Source of the DNA: Felis catus
Taxonomy: Eukaryota
NCBI RefSeq assembly: GCF_018350175.1
Contig: NC_058368.1
Coordinates: 168,270,001-168,334,000, forward strand
DNA: 64,000 nucleotides
Direction: 5' to 3'
Part shown: one piece after another, positions 1 to 13,432 of the stretch
Position numbering within the stretch: the stretch's first letter is position 1
Layout of the letters: the number at the start of each line of letters is the position of its first letter
The notes under the pieces: generated by a model
What the model was told of the DNA's origin: nothing
What the model saw: only the letters and a program-made list of their open reading frames with translations
The model's database searches: none
Program-made: the position numbers and the translations under genes

Positions 1-1214
1 AGGCCACTCTGCTGGTGTGGCTGAGTTGATGATGAGTGGGTCTGCTGGCCAACCTCCAGAGTTAACAAGCCCATTTTGCTCCATTTTAAGCAATATTCTC
101 CAATCTAGCCTTTCTGAGTAATAAAGTTGACTTGATATTTTTCCTCTGTCCCTATTACCTTCTCTTGTTAATTTGTTCAGATCCTAGGAAGTAAAGAGGC
201 CTCAACTCTTAGTGCACCAACCAGGACCACTGAAAAAATACAGAGGAGTCTATACAGAAGGAGTGAATGAGGTCTCTGGTAGGAATGTAGACATTAGTTT
301 GTATGAACAGGTTGGTAGAATCTCATGTCAACACACGTAAGTCACACTGCTGCAGCCTGCAAAAGAGTTTGAAACTGATCATCTGGTATTTTGACTTATG
401 AAGTGTCTTTTGGTTTTATATAAAAACAAGTGACTTTCCATAGAAGTAGAAGCAACATGGGCTTCAAGAGACATCAGCAGCAGGGGAGCCTCAGAAACTT
501 ATCAAAAAAGAGTGCCTCAAGGGATAATTACTGTCATTTAGTCTCACTGCAGAAACTGATGTTCTGTTTTAAACATCATCACTGGACATGATAGGCAAGA
601 CTGCATTTCCATCAGTACTTATTTGAACTAATCATCATTTTCCCAACTGTAAGTATCCTAAGGTTCCAGACCATCCAATCACCGGAGAGTCAATCATTTT
701 ACCCAATATATTTCCCAGTTATGTTAATGTTGTTCAGATCTCTCAATGCTGCAATCATCTTGTCCATTGTCCATAGGAAAACATTGAGAGGGCATCAACC
801 TATATGAATAGCCCTGTCACGATTCCCTAAATTTCATACAATTAGTCCTCTATCTAATAACTATAGAAGTTGTATATAACTCGTCTAAAAACAGAATTCT
901 CTATTCAGAAAGAGAGTGCTAGAGATATTAAAGCTCTGGCCCTACCAAAATGGAGAGATCTTGATAAGAACACTGGTTTTCAGATGAGACATGGAAAAGG
1001 TGGTACTATGGAGTAAGAACCAAGCCCCAGTATAGGGACTATTCTAGATTATTTAAGTTAAAGACGCTGGACTTTTCACTAATCTACCATATTAAAGCAT
1101 ATGACTGAGTATAAACAAGATCAAAATCATCATCCAGTAATAGTAATGCCTTTAAAAAAAATTAACCTGCAGTTTCTAGTCCAGCAGGTAAGGAATTTAG
1201 AAGTCACCACTCCA

Positions 1215-1426
1215 GGGGCACCTGGGTGGCTTAGTCGGTTGAGCATCCAACTTCATCTCAGGTCACGATCTCATGGTTCATGAATTTGAGCCCCGCATTG
1301 GGCTCTGTGATGACAGCTTGGAGCCTGGAGCCTGCTTCGGATTCTGTGTCTCCCTCTCTCTCTGCCCCTTCCCTACTCACACTCTGTCTCAATCTCAAAA
1401 ACAAAGAATTTTTAAAAAATTTTTAA
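1215..1426 (+). mobile_element. Can-SINE (SINEC_Fc-like)
   Basis: GGGGCACCTGGGTGGC head, CT-rich tract, A tail; 16-bp TSD agaagtcaccactcca at 1199-1214 and 1427-1442. Confidence 0.93.
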
Positions 1427-2084
1427 AGAAGTCACCACTCCATACTAACAAGAAAGGAAAAAGCTTAACTGAAAAATCAGTAACTCTTCTTACAGAAATG
1501 AGGTTACAAGAAAAACCAGTGTCCCCAAAACTGGAGAGACAAAAAGGTGGACACAGAAAAACAACTTGCCAGAGCAGAAACCCACTAGAAGACACCTCTA
1601 CCGGAACCAATGCTAGGGTAGGAAACACTAAATTATAATCCATCTCCTCCTATATCAAGTAAATAATCTACCCCCATTATTCTTATCCCAGCAAAAATCA
1701 ACACCTAAAGGATCTACAAACATCTCAAAATTATCTCCATATTACTTCCCACCTTACCAAAGAACACTGTGAAATGATAACTACTCATCACCAGGTAAGA
1801 ATACCTATCTGGTTGATGTTGACTAGATGAATATCAATACTTACCTTGGCTGGATACTGGAAAACTGCTGCCTGAAGGCTTTCCTAGGTAATGGAGATTA
1901 TTATGTGGAATTTTACCTCCAACCACACCTCTCCATTTTCATTCAACCTGCCCTTTATTTCTACTTGAATCTGGCACCCATGTCAGGTGCAATCCTAACT
2001 CTCACTCTTCACTCAAGTAAATGGCCTTAGTAACTAACCTAAGATATAGAACCCAAGTTTATCATTTAAGAGGTTCTGAATTTT

Positions 2085-2306
2085 GGGGCGCCTGGGTGGC
2101 TCAGTCGGTTAAAGCGTCCAACTCTTGGTTTTCCCTCAGGTCATGATCTCACAGTTTGTGAGTTCAAGCCCCACATCAGGCTCCAAGCCAGTAGCTCTGA
2201 GCCTGCTTATGATTCTCTCTCCCTCTCTCTCAGTCCTTCACCCACTTGCATGTGTGTATGTGTCTGTCTCTCTCTTTCAAAATAAAGAAAGAAAAATTTT
2301 TTAAAA
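2085..2306 (+). mobile_element. Can-SINE
   Basis: tRNA-like head, CT tract, A tail; imperfect TSD (gttctgaa core). Confidence 0.9.
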
Positions 2307-3214
2307 GAGAAGTTCTGAAATTTTATCGACATCAGTTCAATATCTGGCTACCCATGAAAAGTAAAAATCAGATAAATAGTAATAGAAGACCCCTCTCTAA
2401 CTCAGGAAGAACAATAATATATAAAAGGCACTCAGCAGTCAACCCTGAAGGAAAGTGTTTAGTGAAAGGCATGCTGCTGGTCACTCCATCACCTAAAAAG
2501 AAGCTACTCCATCCACCCATTAAGCCATGGTTCATTTTCACATGTGACAGTAATCAGGAGTACAAATGGACTGAAGTAAACAAATATAACAGAAAATAGA
2601 TTGCCCTTGATTAATTCTCTTCTTCTTTATAATAATTATTCAAGATTATTCACAAATTTGCTCTAAAACATCCAAAGGTATTTTTCAAATTTTTCTATAA
2701 AATGTTGGAAGGTGATTTTCCTAGCATCTCAAATTTTAATTAAAATATTGCATACTACCCTTGAGCATTTATAAAAGAGAATTTGTTTTAAGAAGCCATC
2801 TGTTATTACCAGGTTATTTTTATAATAAAAAAAACACCTTAGGAAGAATATACTTCAACGGACAATGAATTTAGACAACTGAAACCACAAAACTGGTGTG
2901 GGATAAAAACAAGATTAGGTCTTCCAATGTCACATGAAAGTTGCTCAAAATCAGTATTAAGAAAATATTTTTAAAATACGCTGCCTTCACTAGAGAAAGA
3001 AAGTTATTCCTTCTACTTTCCATTCCCAATGTGTCACTGCTGTAATTATTATCCACATGCAAATGAGAACAGTGAATAAAACTCAATCCATATCAAAAAT
3101 GCTATTTCAACACCAAAACACACCAAAAAAAACCTTTGTCACAACTAATGTTTCAACTAAGAAAATACTGTGATTAAAACTTTTTCAACTTCATTTTTAA
3201 AACATAGAAAGCTA

Positions 3215-3628
3215 TTAAGTGTCCATCAACAGATGAAAAGAAAAAATGTAGTTTATACATACAATGGAAAATTATTCAGCCATGAAAAGCAATGAAACCC
3301 TATTATATGCTACAACATACATGAACCTTGAAAACATAAGCCAGACACAAAATATTTACTGTTGCATGATTCCACTTATAGGAGACAGCTAGAATAGGCC
3401 TAGAATTCATAGACTCAAAACAGAGCTTACTAGGGCATGAGGGAAAAAGGAGGAATAGAAAGTAAATGTTTAACTGGTATGGAGTTACTCGTTAGAATGA
3501 TGAAAAAGTTCTAGAAATAGATATTGGTGATAATCACACAATATTCTATTCTTAATGCCACTGATTTATATGCTTCAAAATGATTAAAATGGTAAATGTT
3601 ATGTATATTTTATCACAATGAAAAAAAG
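3215..3628 (+). mobile_element. Old L1 (L1M-type) 3' end fragment
   Basis: aagtgtccatcaacagatga...catacaatggaa..tattcagcca..atgaaccttgaaaacat motifs of the L1 ORF2 end and 3' UTR. Confidence 0.8.
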
Positions 3629-3879
3629 GAACACACTGAAATAGCAAATGTCAACAAAACTTGAGAGAAAAAACTGCCAAGAGGCAGGGATGCTTGTTCC
3701 CAAATCTGTTTTTTCTAATTGTAATTTTTATAACACAATTGCATTAAGAAAAATAAATAAACTGACTTCAATGAGAAGGAGAAAAGAAAGCTGTAGCTAT
3801 AAAAACTAGGTTGAATGTTTGCATTCAATGAAAGGAAGCCATAAAAAGCTGCTGTCATATTAGTTTTGGGTAAGACAAC

Positions 3880-4366
3880 CATATGGTCCAACCTAGGATG
3901 GTTTGCCTTATGATCTCTTTACTTTAAGATGGTGCCAAAGCAATACACATTCAGCAGAAACTATTCTTCAAATTTTTAACTTTGATCCTTTTCTAGGTTG
4001 GCAATATGTAGTAAGATACACTCTCGTGATGCTGGGCATGAGCAGGGAGCTGCAATTCCCAGCCAGCCATGTAATCATGACAGTAAACAACCTGTACTCT
4101 TAAAATCATTCTGTACCCATACATTCTATTTTTCACTTTCATACAGTATTCAATAAATTACATGAGATATCTGACACTTTATTATAAAATAAATTTTGTG
4201 TTACATGATTTTGCCCAAATGTAAGCTAGTGTAAGGGTTCTGAGCAAGTTTAAGGTCAGCTAGGCTGTGATGTCAGGTAAATTATGTATACTAAATGCAT
4301 TTTTGACAGGGTATTTTCAATTTACAACAGGTTCATTGAATGCAATCCCATGGTAAGAAGAGCTGT
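3880..4366. mobile_element. Tigger4/Zombi (MER46-like) non-autonomous TcMar DNA transposon
   Basis: Recalled consensus blocks: cagtattcaataaattacatgagatat..acactttattataaaata; atgattttgccca; ctaaatgcatttt. Confidence 0.75.
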
Positions 4367-4699
4367 ACTGGAAAGATCATATTCTAAATTAAGATGCACT
4401 CATATTCCTCTGTTAGTAGTTTTAAGTTCCTGTATCACTTAAATGAAAAAACAACTGAAAATCATGAAGGTGACACCATTGTAATAGTTGAACCAAAGAA
4501 AGTCAAAAGTCTAGCCATTTCTAACTCAAGAAAAAGGCCTTAACCCTATATCAAAAGACTCATGAATGAATTACATTTATATTGCTTTTTAATTAAAATG
4601 TTTATGACACACACTGATTTTTGTGATTCCTTAATTTAATTGATTTTCAGTTAACTGACCAACTTCCATTCTCAGGCCCATCATCAGGCTTATAATGAA

Positions 4700-5550
4700 T
4701 TATAATAATGCCTACCTATACCTCACAGAGTTGCTGAGAAGATTAAAAATGACACTGCACATAGAAATGTTAATTAGCATACTGCAAGGCATACAAAATT
4801 GCTTAATAAATGTTGTATATCATTATTAATCATTATTAATGGGTAAAGAAGGAAGCTATTAGAAAACTATTCATTAGGATCCATGGGAAAGGAATGTTTT
4901 AGAAATGCTATACAGATGAATTTCCTGAAAAAAAAAGCTTCTTGACATTTATATAAAAGCTCTACATTTCTAGTTGTCACATGATTCAGAGATCAAAAAA
5001 TTGAAAGAGAATATTAGCTCCATACCTTCCTAGCTATGTGAACCTGGGCAAATAACTTACAAGAGATTCCATTTTTCATCTTGAAATACCACCTCAGTTT
5101 TGTTGTGAAGATTAAATTGTGTAACATATATAAAAAGAACCCAATATATATTTACTTCCTTTTGCCAATTGTGATGCTAATGTAGAAAAAATACCTAAAA
5201 TATCCTTTAACTAAACACAACACATTTTGCCAAAAAAGGTTTTTCAAGATCTCTAGTTTTTCAGTCTTACTATTAAACATCAATCACCATTATAAGGGTA
5301 AAATGTGTGCCATGTCATCTGTAAAGTGGAGGGAATGAACTGAGTAGATTTAGTATGAATTCTAGACACCCCTGGATATGAGTCAGTCCTATCATTTACT
5401 ACTTCAACCTCAGATAAATAACTTACAATCCCTCTATAACTGCTTCCTCATCTCAGAATAGATGTGAATCAAAAGAGAAATTTAACATGAACATGTAGTT
5501 AGAATATATAAACAGTGCCTGACACATAGTACATACTCAATATACACCTG
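4700..5550 (+). mobile_element. Three degenerate MIR fragments (about 4700-4820, 5015-5130, 5360-5550)
   Basis: MIR core motifs: acctcacagagttg..gattaaa; tagctatgtgaacctgggcaa; acagtgcctgacacatagta. Confidence 0.6.
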
Positions 5551-5824
5551 TTCATTCCCTAACTGACTGAACATCATTGGAACATGTAAAGATAGATTAG
5601 GGGAGACTGACATTTTCCTTTATCTTACAGAAATTTTGAATCTAAAAACAATTAGATATTTTATTTTTTTCCTTTACTGTGATAAAATGTATAGAACATA
5701 AAAATTGCCATTTTAGTCATATTTAGATATACAATTTAGTGACATTAATTACATTCACAGTGTTATGCAACCATCACCATGCCTCCTTCCAAAACTTTAT
5801 CACTCCAAACACTCTACCTATTGA

Positions 5825-6050
5825 TTTTTTTTTTTAATGTTTATTTTTGAGAGAGAGAGACAGAGCACGAGCAGGGGAAGGGCAGAGACAGAAAGGGAGA
5901 AACAGAATCTGAAACAGGCTCCAGGCTCTGAGCTGTCAGGACAGAGTCTGACACGGGGCTCGAACTAGAGAACAGTGAGATCATGACCTGATGAGATCAT
6001 GACCTGAGCCGAAGTCCGATGCTTAACCGACTGCGCCACCCAGGCACCCC
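5825..6050 (-). mobile_element. Can-SINE with a 16-bp internal duplication
   Basis: Poly-T, (GA)n, ends gccacccaggcacccc; tgagatcatgacctga is doubled at 5976-6007. Confidence 0.92.
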
Positions 6051-7840
6051 AACGCTCTACACATTTAGCAACAAGTCCCCATTCCTGACTTCCCCTAGCC
6101 CCTGAAAACTCCTGTTTACATTACATCTCTGTGAATTTTTCTATTCTGGGTATTTTATATAAGTATAATCATACTATATTTGTTCTTTGTATCTAGCCTA
6201 CTTAACTTTGCATATGTTTTCAAGGTTCATTCATGCACTAAGTAACATGTATCAGCATCTCATGCTATTACATGGCTAAATAATATTCCATTATGCATAT
6301 ATATTTTCTGTTTACTCATTCATCTCTTAATAGACATTAGGTTGTTTCCACACCTTGACTATTATGAATAATGCTACAAAAACTAATAAACAAGTATCTA
6401 CTTAAGTCATCTTTTTCAATTATTTGGGGTATATTTTGAGGGCAGAATTGCTGAGTCATATGTTAACCCCGTATTCAATCTTTTGAAGAACCACCAAACT
6501 GTTTTCCACACGAGGCACACCATTTTATATTCCTAACCAGCAATGTACAAAGTTCCAGTTTCTCCAAATACACAAAGCCACACTGCGTTATTTCGTTTTG
6601 TGGGTTGGGCTTATTTACATGAGAATAGGTATAAACTGGTATCTCATTGTGGTTTTGATTTGCAATTCTCTAGCAGCTAATGATGTTAAGCATCTTTTCA
6701 TGTGCTTCTTGGCCATTTGTATCTCCTCTTTGGTAAGGTCTATTCAAGCATTTTGCCTGTCAACTGAGTTTTGGGAAGGGCTTCTGTTGATGTTGAGCTG
6801 TAATAGTCCTCTATATAGTCTACATATTAAACCCTTTTCAGATACACGATTTGCAAATATTTTCTCATATTTTGTGGGTTGCCTGTTCACTCTCTTGATA
6901 ATGTCCATAGAAACACAAAAGTTTTTAATTTTAATCAAGTCCAGTTTATCTGTTTTTTACATTTGTTGCCTGCCTTTTTGGTGTTGTATTTAAGAAATCA
7001 TTACCAACTCCAAAGACCTAAAGATATACACCTATCCCTTCTTCAGAGTGTTATAGTTTTGGCTCTTAAATTCAGGTCTCTGACCCATTTAATTTCTGTA
7101 TATGGTATAAATAATCAAATTTCTTTCTTTTGTATGTGGACATCCAATTTTACCAGCACTTTTTTTTGGAAAAGTGTTCTTTCCCCCACTGAATGGTCTT
7201 GGCATTATGGTAAAAAATCAATTGACTAAAGATGTGAGGGTTTACTGGACTCATAATTCTATTCCATTTTTCTATACATCTGTTCTTCCACTAAGTATCA
7301 CACTGTTTCGATGACTATACCTTCATAAGAAGTTTTAAAATTGAGAAGTAGGACTCCTCCAACTTTGTTCTTCCTATTCAAAAATGTTGTGGCTGTTCTG
7401 GGTCCTTTAAAGTTCCTTATGAATTGTATAATGAGTTTTTTTAATTTCTGCAAAACCACCAGTGGAATTTTAATGGGGATTACATTAAATCTGTAGATCA
7501 TTTTGGGTAGTATTATCCTCTTAAAAATACTGTCTTCCAATTCAGGAGCTCAAGATGTCTTTCCATTTATTAGGTGTTTTTTAGTTTCTTTCTAACCTGT
7601 TTTGTAGTTTTCCGCGTGTAAGTCTTGCATGTGCTTCGCTAAATTTGCTCCTTAATATTTTATTTGTGAAGCTATGGTAAACGCAATTATTTTCTTAATT
7701 TCTTCCTTGGATTTTTCACTGCTAGTTTGCAGAAATGCAACTAATTTTTGCACACTGATTTTGTATCCTAGAACTTCACTGAATACTTTTATTAGCTCAA
7801 ACAGTTTTGGGAAGAGTTTTTTTAGGGTCTACTCTATATA

Positions 7841-8859
7841 CAGTCAGAGCTCATTTTATTGTACTTCATCTTATTGTACTTCACAGTTATTTTTTAACAA
7901 ATTTACAACCCTGTATTGAGCAAGTCTATCAGCACCATTTTTTCAACAGCATTTTCTCATCTTATGTCTCTGTGTCACATTTGGGTAAAATTCACCATAT
8001 TTCAAACATATTCATTATTATTATACTTGGTATGGTGATCTGTGATCACTGAACTCCAATGTAACCATACCCATATAAAATGGCAGACTTAATTGATAAA
8101 TAGTACATGTGTTCTGACTGCTCCACCAACTAGTTGTTTTCTATTTCCCCCACTCTCCTTGTGATTCTTGGTCTCAGGACCATGAGTTCAGCCCCACACT
8201 GGGCAAAAAGCTTGTTTAAAAAAAAAAAATTAAAAAAAAATCTTCCAGAAAGGATTCACCATTCTAGACATCATTAAGAACATTCCTGATTCATGGGAAA
8301 AAGTCAAAATATTTACATTAATGGGAGTTTGGAGGAAGTTGATTCCAACCCTCATGGATGACTCTGAGGGTTCAAGACTTAAGTGGAGGAAGTAACTGCA
8401 GATGTGGTAGAAATAGCAAGAGAACTCGAATCAGAAGTGGAGCCTGAAGGTGTGACTGAATTGCTGCAATCTGATGATAAAACATTAACAGATGAAGAGT
8501 TGCTTCTTATGGATGAAGAAAGTGGTTTCTTAAGAGAACTGCCAGAGCCACCCCAACTTTAAGCAACCACCACTCTGATCGGTCAGCAGCCAACAACACC
8601 AAGGCAATCAGCAAAAAGATTATGACTCCCTGAAAGCTCAGATGATGGCTAGCACTTTTTAGCAATAAAGTATTTTTTAATTAAGAAATGTACATTATTG
8701 TTTTAGACATAGTGCTATTGCACACTTAATAAATTACAATTAGCATAAGCATAACTTTTATATCCACTGGGAACTCAAATTCATTTGACTTGCTTTATTG
8801 TAATTTGCTTTACTGTGGTGGTCTAGAACCGAACCTGCAGTATCTCTGAGGTGTGCCTA
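7841..8859 (+). mobile_element. Internally deleted Tigger1 DNA transposon inserted in L1 ORF2
   Basis: Both Tigger1 ends are present (cagtcagagctcattttattg...; ...gaaccgaacctgcagtatctctgaggtgtgccta), flanked by TA; transposase remnant from about 8240; L1 resumes on both sides. Confidence 0.88.
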
Positions 8860-10692
8860 TATAAAACCATGCAAACTGAGATAGTTTTACTTCTTCTTTT
8901 CCAATTTTGAAGGCTTTTATTTCTTTTTCTTGCCTAATTACTCTGGCTGGAATTTCCAGTACAATGTTGAGGAGAAAAAGCAAAAGTGGGCATCGTGGTT
9001 TCATTCCTGAACTTAAGGGAAAATTTTTCAGTCATTCACCATTGAGTATGATATTAACAATAGTTTTGATATATATGGCCTTTATTACGTTGAGGAAGTG
9101 TCCTTCCATTCCTAGTTTATTGCGTGATTTTAATATGAAAAGATACTAGAATCACCAAATGCATTTTCTACACCAAGTAAGATGATTATGTGAATTCTTC
9201 CTCCATTCTAGTTATGTGATATAGTACACTGATTGATTTTTCATCAGTGGCTTGATTGAGCCACCTTTGCAATCAAGGAATAAATCACACTTGGTCATAA
9301 TACATAATCTTTTTAATATGTTTCTGTCTTCTGCTTGCTATTTTTCTGACGTTTTTTTGCATTTATACTTATCAAGGATACTGTTCTGTAATTGTCTTCT
9401 CTGGAAGTGTCTTTGGCTTCAAAATCAGGCTAATGCTGGTCTCATAGGAGTTAGGAAGTACTGCTTGCTGCTTCTTAAATATTTTGGAAAAGTTTGAGAA
9501 GGAACGGTATTAATTCTTTATATGTTTGAGGAAATTCATGAGGGAAGCCATCTGGTTTCTGTCTTTTCTTTTTGGAGAAGATTTTTATTACTGGTTCAAT
9601 CTCCTTACTTGTTGTAGAAGATTTTCTACTTCTTCTTCAATCAGTTTTTGCCATTTGTGTATTTCTAGGAATTTGCCCATTTCATCTAGGCCACCCAGTT
9701 TGTTGGTGTATTGTTGCTCTTAATTTTCTTGTAGAACTGTTATTATTTCTATAAAGTTGGTGGGAATGCTCATGCTTAAATTTCTGATTTAGTGAGTTGA
9801 GTCTTCTTTGTTTTCTTACTCAAAGATTTGTCATTTTTGTTAGTATTTTCAGAAAAACTAGTTTTCTGTTTTCTGCTTCATTTATCTCAGATCATTATTT
9901 CCTCCCTTCTGCTAACTTCTTTTTCAAGCTCCTTCAGGTGTACATTTAAGTTACTAATTTCAGATTTTTCTTTCTTTGTAATGTAAGCTTTCACAGCCAT
10001 GAAATTCCCTCTGAGCACTACTTTTGTTGCATCCCATAACTTTTTGTGTATTGTGTCTTAATTTTCATTCATTTCAAGGTATTTTCCAATTTCCCTTATC
10101 ATTTCCTCTATAACCCAATGGCTGTACAAGAGTGTGTTGCTTAACTTCCACATATTCATACATTTTCGAATTTTCCTTTTGTTACTGATTTCTAGATTTG
10201 TTTCACTGTGATCACAGAAGAAACTTGCATGATTTCAATCTTTTCAACTTACTAAGACTTGTTTGTGGTCTAATCTTGAAAATGTTTCATGTGTACTTGA
10301 AAAGCATATATATTCTATTGTAGAGTGTATTATATATGTCTGTTAGGTATAATTGGTTTATAGCACTGTTCAGGTCCTCCATTTCTTCGTTGATCTTCGG
10401 TCTGGTTGTTGTAGCCATCACTGAAGTGCAGTATTAAAGTTTCTAATTATTAATGGAGAATTACCTATCTCTCCCTTCAAACCTTTCCACTTTTGTTTCC
10501 TATATTTAGGAGCTCTGTTATTAAGTATATATATGCTTATAAATGTTCTATCTTCCTGAGAAATTGAAACTCATCAATATATAATGAGCTTCAGTGTCTA
10601 CTATAAACTTGTTTGACTTAAAATCGATTTTTTTCTGATGATAATATAGCTACTCCAACCATCTTTGGTTATTAGCATTTGAACAGAATATC

Positions 10693-11528
10693 TTTTTTTT
10701 TTTTTTTTACTTAAATTCAAGTTAGTTAACATATAGTGTAGTATTGATATCAGTAGAATTTAGGGATTCATCACCTACATGTAACACTGAGTGCTCATCC
10801 CAACAAGTGTCCTCCTTAATGCCCATCACCCATTCAGCCTATACCTCCACCCACCTCTCCTCCAGCAACCCTCAGTCTGTCCTTTATAAAGTCTCTTATA
10901 ATCTGCCTCCTTCTCTGTTTCTATCTTATTTTTCCTTCTTTCCCCTATGCTCATCTGTTTTGTTTCTTAAACTGTACATCTGAGCAAAATCACGTGGTAT
11001 TTGCCTTTCTCTGACTTATTTCACTTAGCATAATACTCTCTAGTTCCATCCACATTGTTGCAAATGACAAGATTTCATTTGTTTTGAATGAAATGATGGC
11101 TGAGTAATATTCCATCATACATGTATCACACATGTATCCATCAGTTGATGGACATTTAGGTTCTTTCCATAATTTGGCTATTGTTGACAGTGCTGCTATA
11201 AACATGGGTGCATATGCCCCTCTGAACCAGTATTTTTGTATTCTTTGGATAAATACTTAGTAGTGCAATTGCTGGGTCATGGAGTAATTCTAGTTTTAAC
11301 TTTCTGAGAAACCCCCAACCCATGAGCTTTCCAGAGAATACATACAAATGGCTAACAGACACATGAAAGAATGCTCAACATCACTCATCATCAGGAAAAT
11401 ACAAATAAAAACCAAAATAAGATACCACCTCCCATCTGTCAGAATGGTTCAAATTAACAACACAGGCAACAACAAATGTGAGCAAAGATGCAGCGAAAGG
11501 ATAACCCTCTCACACTGTTGGCGGGAAT
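10693..11528 (-). mobile_element. Carnivore L1 3' fragment with 5' inversion (twin priming)
   Basis: Poly-T and 3' UTR/ORF2 end on minus ([21 protein letters not shown]), then upstream ORF2 on plus ([22 protein letters not shown]); imperfect TSD gaa..ga.tatctttttt. Confidence 0.85.
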
Positions 11529-11665
11529 GAATGGAGTATCTTTTTTCCATCCTTTACTTTCAACTTCATTCTGTCTCTATCAAAAAATGAGTCTCTTATA
11601 GACATGATAGGTACAGTTATCTTCTTATCCATTCTGCCAATCTTTGTCTTTTACAGTATAATCTA

Positions 11666-12790
11666 ACTTTTTTTTAAGTAGACTCCACACCCAATGTGGG
11701 GCTTGAACTCATGACTATGAGATCAAGAGTTGCATGCTTAGGGGCACCAGGGTGGCTCAGTTGGTTAAGCAGCTGACTTCGGCTCAGGCCATGATCTCAC
11801 AGTTCATGAGTTCAAGCCCTGCATTGGGCTTGCTGCTTTCAGCACATAGCCTGCTTCAGATCCTCTGTTGCTCTCTGTCCCTTCCCTGCTCATACTCTCT
11901 ATCTCTCAAAAATAAATGAACATTTACTTGGGTTGCATGGGTGGCTTAGTCAGTTAGGCGTCTGACTCTTGGTTTCAGCTCAGGTCGTGATCTCACAGTT
12001 CATGAGTTTAAGCCCCACATTAGGCTTTGAGCTGGTGGTGTGGCGTCTACTTGGGATTCTCTTGCTCCCTCTCTCTGTCCCTCCCCTGCTTGCACTGTGT
12101 CTGTGTCTCTCAGAATAAATAAACTTAAAAAAAAATGAACATTAAAAAAAAAAAATCGAAGAACTGCTTGCTTAGAGCAGCTGGCTGGCTCAGTCGGAAG
12201 AGCATGTGACTCTTGATCTTGAGGTTATGAATTCAAGCCCCACATTTGGTGTAGAGATTACTTAAAATCTTTAAAAAAAAAAAGTCACATGCCCTACTGA
12301 CTGAGCCTGCCAGGTGCTCCAATTAATCTATTTAACTTAAAGTAACTACTGTTAGGGGCGCCTGGATGGCTCGGTGGGTGAAGTGTCTGACTCTTGGTTC
12401 CAGATTAGTTCATGATCTCACAGTTTGTGTGTTCAAGCCCATCAGGTTCTGAGCTGGTGGTGGGACTCTTTCTCTCCCCACTGCTCTCTGTCCCTCCCGT
12501 GCTCTCTCTCTCTCAAAATAAAATAAACTTTAAAAATTAAAAAAAATAGGGGCACCTGGGTGGCGCAGTCGGTTGAGCGTCCGACTTCAGCCAGGTCACG
12601 ATCTCGTGGTCCGTGAGTTTGAGCCCCGCATCAGGCTCTGGGCTGATGGCTCGGAGCCTGGAGCCTGTTTCCGATTCTGTGTCTCCCTCTCTCTCTGCCC
12701 CTCCCCCGTTCATGCTCTGTCTCTCTCTGTCCCAAAAATAAATAAACGTTGAAAAAAAAAATTAAAAAAAAAAAATTAAAAAAAATAAAA
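11666..12790. mobile_element. Cluster of about six nested or tandem Can-SINEs
   Basis: Plus-strand heads near 11741, 11929, 12175, 12355 and 12549; one minus-strand copy split into 11666-11738 and 12283-12320; TSD taaagtaactactg around the last pair. Confidence 0.88.
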
Positions 12791-13307
12791 TAAAGTAACT
12801 ACTGACAAGGAAGGATTTACTTCTGCCATTTAGAAACTATTTGCTTACTGTAGGTCTTAAATGTTTTTTGTTCCTCAATTCCTCCATTACCACATTTCTT
12901 GTATTTAATAGATTTTATGCAGTATACCATTTGATTCTCTTCCCATTACTTTCCTACACATATTTCAGTTATTTTCTTAATGGTTACCATGGAGACTACA
13001 ATTAACATCATAAACTTATAATAACATAATTTGAACAATACCAACATAGTGTCAACAGTATACATGATGGTGCTATGTCTCTACTCCTTCTACTTACAGT
13101 ATTATTATAGATTACACTTTTACACATTACGTGCCCATGAACATAGATTTATAATCTTCATCTATACATTTGCTTTTCTTCAATCACATAGGAAAAAATG
13201 AGGAGTTACAAACCAAAAGTGAAGTAAAACTATCTTTTATATTTACCTATATAGCTATCATGCTCTTTTTAGCATTTCATGTAAAGCAGATTTACTAGCG
13301 ATGAATT

Positions 13308-13432
13308 CCTTTTTTTTTTTTTTTTGAAGATTTTTTTTTTAAGTAGTATCTAATACCCAATTCAGGGCCCAAATCTACAGCCCCAAGATTAAGAGTCACA
13401 TACTCCACTGACTGAGCCAACCAGGTGCCCCT
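13308..13432 (-). mobile_element. Short Can-SINE
   Basis: Poly-T then ...ctgagccaaccaggtgcccc. Confidence 0.8.

Noticed and set aside
1..2600. Possible FBXL17 exon 4, or an ancient LINE/pseudogene remnant
   Set aside because: I found no minus-strand LRR-coding exon with splice sites; the sequence may be an old repeat but I cannot assign it without a search.
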